From: Pseudogulbenkiania subflava DSM 22618
GTDB taxonomy: Bacteria; Pseudomonadota; Gammaproteobacteria; Burkholderiales; Chromobacteriaceae
Direction of reading: 5' to 3'
Assembly (NCBI RefSeq): GCF_900177275.1
Contig: NZ_FXAG01000009.1
Location: 36,984-68,983, forward strand
Length of the DNA stretch: 32,000 nucleotides
Part shown: positions 8,801-13,739 of the stretch, one piece after another
Layout: every line of letters starts with the position of its first letter
How positions within the stretch are numbered: the stretch's first letter is position 1
Program-made: the position numbers and the translations under genes
The notes under the pieces: model-generated
What the model was told of the DNA's origin: nothing
Database searches by the model: none
The model's input: only the letters and a program-made list of their open reading frames with translations

Positions 8801-9110
8801 CATGCTAGCACATAGACATGTTCGTCTGCTTTAGCAGAACCATTGTGGCGGCCTGCCATGCGTCTGTTCTACCCGGATACCGGGCGTTGACGCTTTGACT
8901 GATCGGTCGGAAACAGGGGAGCGCGTGTGCGCATCCCCTGGTACAGAAAGCCGACTCCCGGTGCCAATGACAAAGAAATTGTCTGAATGTGGCCTTGGTC
9001 TGACTCCGGGTGGATGGGGTGGGCGAGCTGCGTTTGCCGACCTCTCGCCAGCATCACTTGACGGGTAGTCGGTCGGCCTTAGCAGACATTCATGCCCATG
9101 TGCTAGCATG
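8801..9110. repeat. GC-rich element of about 310 bp bounded by imperfect 35-bp inverted repeats (MITE-like or IS-end remnant)
   Basis: Left arm 8801-8835 is catgctagcacatagacatgttcgtctgctttagc. Reverse complement of right arm 9076-9110 is catgctagcacatgggcatgaatgtctgctaaggc. The outermost 13 positions are identical and 27/35 match overall. The interior has no convincing ORF and contains strong local hairpins, e.g. ggggagcgc-gtgt-gcgcatcccc around 8917-8939. Confidence 0.4.
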
Positions 9111-9165
9111 ACTATTGCCGGCCACAAGCGGATTAACGCCCTACATCGCAACCCTGGACGCAAGT

Positions 9166-9831
9166 ATGATCACTCTGCCGAAGTTCTTTCTCGCCTTGGC
9201 CAAACGCGGTTGGGCACAGCATGTAATTGAGGGCTTGGAGGGTGATGCTGTCGTTAGTGAACTCAACCGCGTTGGAGATCTTCTTGGAACACGTATCAGA
9301 GGGCGGACCGCTTCGCTCATGGAGGTTGTTCGTCCTCAAGCCGTAGATGATGCTCATCCGCGATCCTTGAGCGCGCGGTACGGTTTTGGTGCGTTACCGT
9401 TCCACGCCGAACTAAGCCACAGACCTCGGCCCTGCCGCTATGTCCTTCTGGGCTGCATAGAACCTGGCCCGCTAAGCACAGCGACGCTGCTGCTCGATTG
9501 GAGAGCCCTCGACTTTTCACCCGAGGAGCTTCACCTTCTCGAAAGCGCACCGATCTTTGTTCGAACTGGCCGGCGCTCATTCTACTCAACCATACTGTCT
9601 TCCGACCGCTCCTTCCTTCGATATGATCCTGGCTGCATTGAAGCCATTGATATGCGTGGACAAGCAGCCCTGCGACTCGTAGAACAACGGCTGGCTGAAG
9701 GTTTACCAGAAGTTCATCATTGGCACAGGGGCGACATTCTGATCATTGATAACTGGCGCGTTCTGCATGGGCGCGGGACGTCGGAACAAGACACTGGTCG
9801 GTGCTTAGCAAGGATACTTATCGATGCCTAG
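9166..9831 (+). CDS. TauD/TfdA-family Fe(II)/2-oxoglutarate dioxygenase-like protein
   Basis: PFHAELSH (His 9403-9405, Glu 9409-9411) together with HHWHRGDILIIDNWRVLHGRG (His 9766-9768) gives the HxD/E...H facial triad and the DNWR(V/L)LHGR signature seen in TauD/gamma-butyrobetaine-hydroxylase-type enzymes. ATG 9166 is preferred over the track's TTG 9115, which lies just past the right inverted-repeat arm (9076-9110), with nothing but that arm upstream of it. Confidence 0.7.
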   Translation: MITLPKFFLALAKRGWAQHVIEGLEGDAVVSELNRVGDLLGTRIRGRTASLMEVVRPQAVDDAHPRSLSARYGFGALPFHAELSHRPRPCRYVLLGCIEPGPLSTATLLLDWRALDFSPEELHLLESAPIFVRTGRRSFYSTILSSDRSFLRYDPGCIEAIDMRGQAALRLVEQRLAEGLPEVHHWHRGDILIIDNWRVLHGRGTSEQDTGRCLARILIDA

Positions 9832-10762
9832 CGATGTCTTTATTGCAATAAACAGCGATGCGCTTTATACGATGTCAAAGGTTTACATCGGCCGTGCACT
9901 GCTCAGAAAAGGGAGCAGCGATCTTGATGAATATCAGCTCTGGGCTTCGCTCGCGCTGGAACTGCTAGGAAAAGCTGCGCTCGCACATAAGCACCCGAGC
10001 CTCGTCGTCGATCCAACCCATTCCCCATCGATGTTTGTCGCAGCCGGCATCAATGTCACGACCGATGTAAAAACCATCACTGCGAAGACCTTATTCGAAC
10101 GCCTCGCACATCTCGTTCCAAGGTTCGACAAAACCATCCAGAAATTTTGCCTGGAAATTTCAGAACGTCGCAACGCTGAACTTCACTCCGCCGACATCCC
10201 ATTCCGGGCCATGCGACTCGACGCTTGGGAAGCCCGCTACTGGCATGCCTGCGACACAATTCTTCTCCATATGGGTTCTTCGCTGGAGCAATGGTTAGGT
10301 GCTGCGGATGCTAAGGCTCCACGTCATTTGCTCGATGAAGCGGCCAAAGCACTTGATGCAGCAGTGAAGCTACGCGTTGAGGCCGCCAAGGAGCAATTCG
10401 AAGCACTGAAGAAGGTCGAGCGTGATCGCCTGATGGCGGAGGCTGAGTTGCGGGAGCCTCAACACCTGGCTGGCCTTTTCAAAGGTAGTTACGATGAAAT
10501 TTGGAAAGAATGCTGCCCAGCATGTAAATGCCGTGCTTTTATGACTGGCGAACAGACTGGGGAAGACATTAATGAAGAGTGGGACGAAGATGCAATATGG
10601 GAAATTGTCGATCGCGAATTTGTTGGCGAAGAGTTTCACTGCCCGACATGCGACCTAACTCTCATGGGAAGCGATGAGATCAATGCAGCGGGTGTGAGCT
10701 ACATCCACAAAGATCAGCAGGAGCGCGAGATGGAGTACGAGCCAGACTACGGCAATGACTAG
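9824..10762 (+). CDS. HEPN-domain protein (Rx4H RNase motif) with a central coiled coil and a C-terminal 4-Cys zinc ribbon
   Basis: ATG 9824 overlaps the dioxygenase stop TAG 9829-9831 (ATGCCTAG), with AGGA at 9811-9814. The N-terminus is helical, with ALELLGKAALAHK and EISERRNAELHS (RNAELH 10169-10186), the canonical HEPN R-N-x3-H. The C-terminus has CCPACKC (10511-10531) and CPTC (10640-10651) followed by an acidic tail. Confidence 0.7.
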   Translation: MPSDVFIAINSDALYTMSKVYIGRALLRKGSSDLDEYQLWASLALELLGKAALAHKHPSLVVDPTHSPSMFVAAGINVTTDVKTITAKTLFERLAHLVPRFDKTIQKFCLEISERRNAELHSADIPFRAMRLDAWEARYWHACDTILLHMGSSLEQWLGAADAKAPRHLLDEAAKALDAAVKLRVEAAKEQFEALKKVERDRLMAEAELREPQHLAGLFKGSYDEIWKECCPACKCRAFMTGEQTGEDINEEWDEDAIWEIVDREFVGEEFHCPTCDLTLMGSDEINAAGVSYIHKDQQEREMEYEPDYGND

Positions 10763-11064
10763 ACTAGGCAGCGGTGCTGCATGAAAAAATCAGCAAGAGT
10801 TGCGGCCTTCAAGCGAGAACGAAAAATGGCGAGTCACCGCTCAACATATGGGGGCGGAACAGCCGAGTCGGGTCGAAAGTCCGAGATCCTGAGGGGCGAA
10901 TGCCGAAATTCGGTGCAGTGACAGGAAAGTGGCCGGTATGTGGCTCTGAGCAGACGTTCAGGCCAGATGGGGCAGCCAACCGCTTTGGCCGAAAAGCCGA
11001 GGCCCGTACGCGCATTGGTCAGTGACTATTTCGTAAACGACTACATTCCCAGGCCCTGAAAAAG

Positions 11065-11088
11065 GCCCTGCTTTTGCAGGGCTTTTTT
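11065..11088. terminator. bidirectional Rho-independent terminator at the island/core junction
   Basis: gccctgc-tttt-gcagggc (11065-11082) is followed by TTTTTT (11083-11088) on the plus strand. On the minus strand the same stem is followed by cttttt, so it can terminate nrdB as well as plus-strand island transcripts. Confidence 0.7.
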
Positions 11089-11101
11089 CAGGTTGTCAAG
11101 T

Positions 11102-11164
11102 GAGATTTCACACTTTGGCTATCGGAAATTTCATGCTTTGACTAGAAAATTTCAACCTTTCCGA
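11102..11164. repeat. three tandem imperfect direct repeats of about 21 bp (gaRatttca..ctttgRcta)
   Basis: R1 is gagatttcacactttggcta (11102-), R2 is gaaatttcatgctttgacta (11125-), R3 is gaaaatttcaacctttccga (11145-). R1 and R2 match at 16/20. They lie between the nrdB stop (11181) and the terminator. Confidence 0.6.
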
Positions 11165-11180
11165 TTTTTGACAATTGGCG

Positions 11181-12263
11181 TTAATCCCAGCTCAGCGCGC
11201 CGCCAGTCTGGTACTCCGTAACCCGCGTCTCGAAGAAGTTCTTTTCCTTCTTCAGATCAATCATCTCGGACATCCACGGGAACGGGTTGGTCACGCCGGG
11301 GAACATCGGCTCCAGGCCGATCTGCTGCATGCGGCGGTTGGCGATGAAGCGCAGGTATTCCTTGAACATGGCGGCGTTGAGGCCGAGCACGCCGCGCGGC
11401 ATGGTGTCTTCGGCGTAGGCGTATTCCAGCTCCACCGCGTGCTTGAACAGGCCGGTGATCTCGGCCTTGAATTCTTCGGTCCAGAGCTGCGGGTTTTCCT
11501 GCTTCACGGTGTTGATCAGGTCGATGCCGAAGTTGCAGTGCATGGACTCGTCGCGCAGGATGTACTGGTACTGTTCGGCGGCGCCGGTCATCTTGTTCTG
11601 GCGGCCCAGCGCCAGGATCTGCACGAAGCCGACGTAGAAGAACAGGCCTTCCATGATGCAGGCGAACACGATCAGCGACTTGAGCAGTTGCTGGTCGGTT
11701 TCGGTGGTGCCGGTCTTGAATTCCGGGTTGCACAGGGTGTCGATGAACGGGATCAGGAACTCGTCCTTGTCACGGATGGACTTGATCTCATGGTAGGCAT
11801 TGAACACTTCGCCTTCGTCCAGGCCGAGCGATTCGACGATGTACTGGTAGGCGTGGGTGTGGATGGCTTCGTCGAAGGCCTGGCGCAGCAGGAACTGGCG
11901 GCATTCCGGCGCGGTGATCTGGCGGTAGGTGCCGAGCACGATGTTGTTGGCGGCGAGGCTGTCGGCGGTGACGAAGAAGCCGAGGTTGCGCTTCACGAGG
12001 CGCATTTCATCTTCGGACAGTTGGCCGGTCTTCCACTGTTCGATGTCGCGCTGCATGTTCACTTCTTGCGGCATCCAGTGGTTGGCGCACTGCGCCAGGT
12101 ATTTTTCCCAGGCCCACTTGTACTTGAACGGGACGAGCTGGTTGACGTCGGTCTGGCCGTTGATGACGCGCTTGTCGCTGGCGTTGACGCGGCCGGTGCC
12201 GTGGGCGTCCATCGAGTTGTTGGCGGCGGTAACGGGGGTGATCGGGTCTTCAAAGCTCAGCAT
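11181..12263 (-). CDS. nrdB: ribonucleoside-diphosphate reductase class Ia beta subunit
   Basis: 360 aa. Sequence includes [57 protein letters not shown] and the C-terminal [11 protein letters not shown], typical of R2. AGGAG lies upstream of the ATG. Confidence 0.95.
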   Translation of the reverse strand: MLSFEDPITPVTAANNSMDAHGTGRVNASDKRVINGQTDVNQLVPFKYKWAWEKYLAQCANHWMPQEVNMQRDIEQWKTGQLSEDEMRLVKRNLGFFVTADSLAANNIVLGTYRQITAPECRQFLLRQAFDEAIHTHAYQYIVESLGLDEGEVFNAYHEIKSIRDKDEFLIPFIDTLCNPEFKTGTTETDQQLLKSLIVFACIMEGLFFYVGFVQILALGRQNKMTGAAEQYQYILRDESMHCNFGIDLINTVKQENPQLWTEEFKAEITGLFKHAVELEYAYAEDTMPRGVLGLNAAMFKEYLRFIANRRMQQIGLEPMFPGVTNPFPWMSEMIDLKKEKNFFETRVTEYQTGGALSWD

Positions 12264-12299
12264 GCTAACTCCTGGTTATTCTTTCTAAAGTGTTTCGGT

Positions 12300-12335
12300 G
12301 GGCTTCGGCCAACCTTCAAAGGTTGGCCGAAGCCC
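12300..12335. repeat. REP-like perfect hairpin, family A (GGTTGGCCGAAGC core)
   Basis: gggcttcggccaacc-ttcaaa-ggttggccgaagccc, a 15-bp perfect stem in the intergenic region upstream of nrdB. The same arms recur at 13670-13697, with a collapsed copy at 29503-29519. Confidence 0.8.
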
Positions 12336-12466
12336 GATGTTTCAATGCCATTCCGAAACCGGCTCGGCGGAGCCGGCTTGAGAATGGAACAGGGAGCATG
12401 TGCCTGTCGGTCGAGGGATGGGTTGCGCTGTGCTTCACCCATCCTACGGTCACCTGCCTGTCTGTT

Positions 12467-13042
12467 TCAGTAGCCGCCGCTGACCTTGCCGGTGAGCGGG
12501 CGGATGGCGATCGACGACAAGTCATTCACCTTCCACACCCGGCGCATGTGCCCGAAGTCACGGCGCTGGGCGTCGCGCAATTCCACTTCCGACCGGTAGT
12601 TGAGGTCGAACCACACTTCGCCGAGGTAGACCGTTTCGCCCGCGCGGATGTCGAACGGCTTGTGCAGCGCAAAGTGCGTGATGCGGCGGTAAGAAGACCA
12701 CCACAAATCGTCATCGCTCCACTGGCCCCAGGCGTCCTGCAGTTCGTAGCGCCCCGGAGGCAGCGCTACCAGTTGTAGCTTTCCTTCCGCCGGGCTCATG
12801 CCTTCTTCGCCGAACACGGTGTCGGTGTTGAAGCTGGCCCAGACCGTGCCATGCCGGCTGTTATCCAGACCGCGCCAGTTGAGGTCGGCGCTGGCGCTGT
12901 CCGGGGTGAAGGTGCGCACCGTCATCGAAAAGATCGCGTAGCCCTGGCCCGGCGGCGGCTTCAGCGAGCCGTGCAATTGGTCGGCCATGGTGGTGCAGCC
13001 GGCGAGTAGGGCGATGACACACAGCAGCAGTAAACGGCGCAT
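12467..13042 (-). CDS. predicted lipoprotein of unknown function
   Basis: MRRLLLLCVIALLAGC has a signal peptide and a LAGC lipobox. GAGGAG lies 6-7 nt upstream of ATG 13042, which is preferred over the track start at 13072. GC content is host-like. Confidence 0.75.
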   Translation of the reverse strand: MRRLLLLCVIALLAGCTTMADQLHGSLKPPPGQGYAIFSMTVRTFTPDSASADLNWRGLDNSRHGTVWASFNTDTVFGEEGMSPAEGKLQLVALPPGRYELQDAWGQWSDDDLWWSSYRRITHFALHKPFDIRAGETVYLGEVWFDLNYRSEVELRDAQRRDFGHMRRVWKVNDLSSIAIRPLTGKVSGGY

Positions 13043-13152
13043 GGCAATCTCCTCGGCGACGTGAGGTCGCATGGGGTTTTGACTGGCCGGACGGGTGCGG
13101 GGTTTCGCTACGCGCTACCCCACCAGCCAACATAGTCATCGCCCACCCCGAC

Positions 13153-13467
13153 TTAAGCTAAAAACTCTAGCTCCGTTACGTCTAGCCAGTCTTTCTTTGC
13201 TAGAGCCGTTAACTCATTCACAAAAGATGACGGCTCTGCTGAGAAGGTCAGCTTGAATTTCATATAAGTTGTATCTGCCTCTATCACTTCGCAGGCGGAC
13301 AGGCCCAGATGACTTAGGCAATTCATAAGCGTGGTTGGCAGTTCTCCCCACAGCCACTGATAGTGCGTCCGGGCATCAATGCCCCCCATTTTCCTTCCCT
13401 CACAGCTGGCTAGCCACAGGAGGTATGGATCACTTGTCTGGCAGTGGGTGACAATCAATTGGCTCAT
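13153..13467 (-). CDS. hypothetical small protein (104 aa), visibly lower GC than its neighbours
   Basis: ATG 13467 is preceded by GGAGG (ATGGAGGCTTCTATG). The ORF is MSQLIVTHCQTSDPYLLW...ELEFLA. No motif recognised. It sits between nrdA and the lipoprotein gene. Confidence 0.55.
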   Translation of the reverse strand: MSQLIVTHCQTSDPYLLWLASCEGRKMGGIDARTHYQWLWGELPTTLMNCLSHLGLSACEVIEADTTYMKFKLTFSAEPSSFVNELTALAKKDWLDVTELEFLA

Positions 13468-13669
13468 AGAAGCCTCCATAAAAAATTTGGAAATAATTGC
13501 TGTCACTCGCTGCGCTTTGTACAAGCGTTAGACGCCATGTCTTCAGACATCAGGTCATTTGAAGAGTGATTCCAAATGGCCCGCTACGATAGTGTTCGTA
13601 CAACGTCTTGGTGAGTCTACTAATTCGCCCATCCCAAAACCGACTTTTTCAAATCGGTTTGAGGCTGGA

Positions 13670-13732
13670 GGTTGGCCGAAGCCTGCTTCGGCCAACCCTG
13701 GCGGAACGCCCCTGAAGGGGCTTCCGCCCTAC
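13670..13732. repeat. two adjacent REP-like hairpins (family A then family B) immediately downstream of nrdA
   Basis: Family A is ggttggccgaag-cctg-cttcggccaacc (13670-13697). Family B is ggcggaacgcccc-tgaa-ggggcttccgccctac (13700-13732). The family B arms recur at 28419-28455, with an inverted copy at 28346-28377. Confidence 0.8.
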
Positions 13733-13739
13733 AACTACC

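Noticed and set aside
8801-9110. A retron msr/msd-type ncRNA (inverted repeats flanking structured GC-rich DNA).
   Set aside because: There is no reverse-transcriptase gene downstream or anywhere in the window. The adjacent gene is a TauD-like dioxygenase. A MITE or IS-end remnant is the simpler reading.
8831-9163. A 110-aa minus-strand ORF, and the 62-aa ORF at 8869-9057, inside the inverted-repeat element.
   Set aside because: The translation is Pro/Arg/Gly-rich and low-complexity. There is no SD, and the ORF spans the inverted-repeat arms. It is probably non-coding.
9115-9165. A TTG start at 9115 for the dioxygenase gene.
   Set aside because: This non-ATG start lies only 5 nt past the right inverted-repeat arm of the MITE-like element, with no SD. 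ATG 9166 is preferred, though not proven.
10774-11025. An 83-aa GTG-start ORF, and the antisense 68-aa ORF at 10809-11015, at the island's right end.
   Set aside because: There is no SD and no recognisable motif. Both strands are open to a similar length, so I cannot support a CDS call. The region is kept as an unassigned finding.
11102-11164. A possible CRISPR-like array (tandem repeats).
   Set aside because: There are only three imperfect repeats of about 21 bp, directly abutting with no spacers, and no cas genes. I saw no CRISPR array anywhere in the window.
10763-11180. A tRNA/tmRNA integration site or an integrase marking the island border.
   Set aside because: By eye I could find no cloverleaf-compatible sequence and no GGTTCGAATCC-type T-arm, and no integrase-like ORF is in the window. 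This needs tRNAscan-SE/ARAGORN to be definitive.
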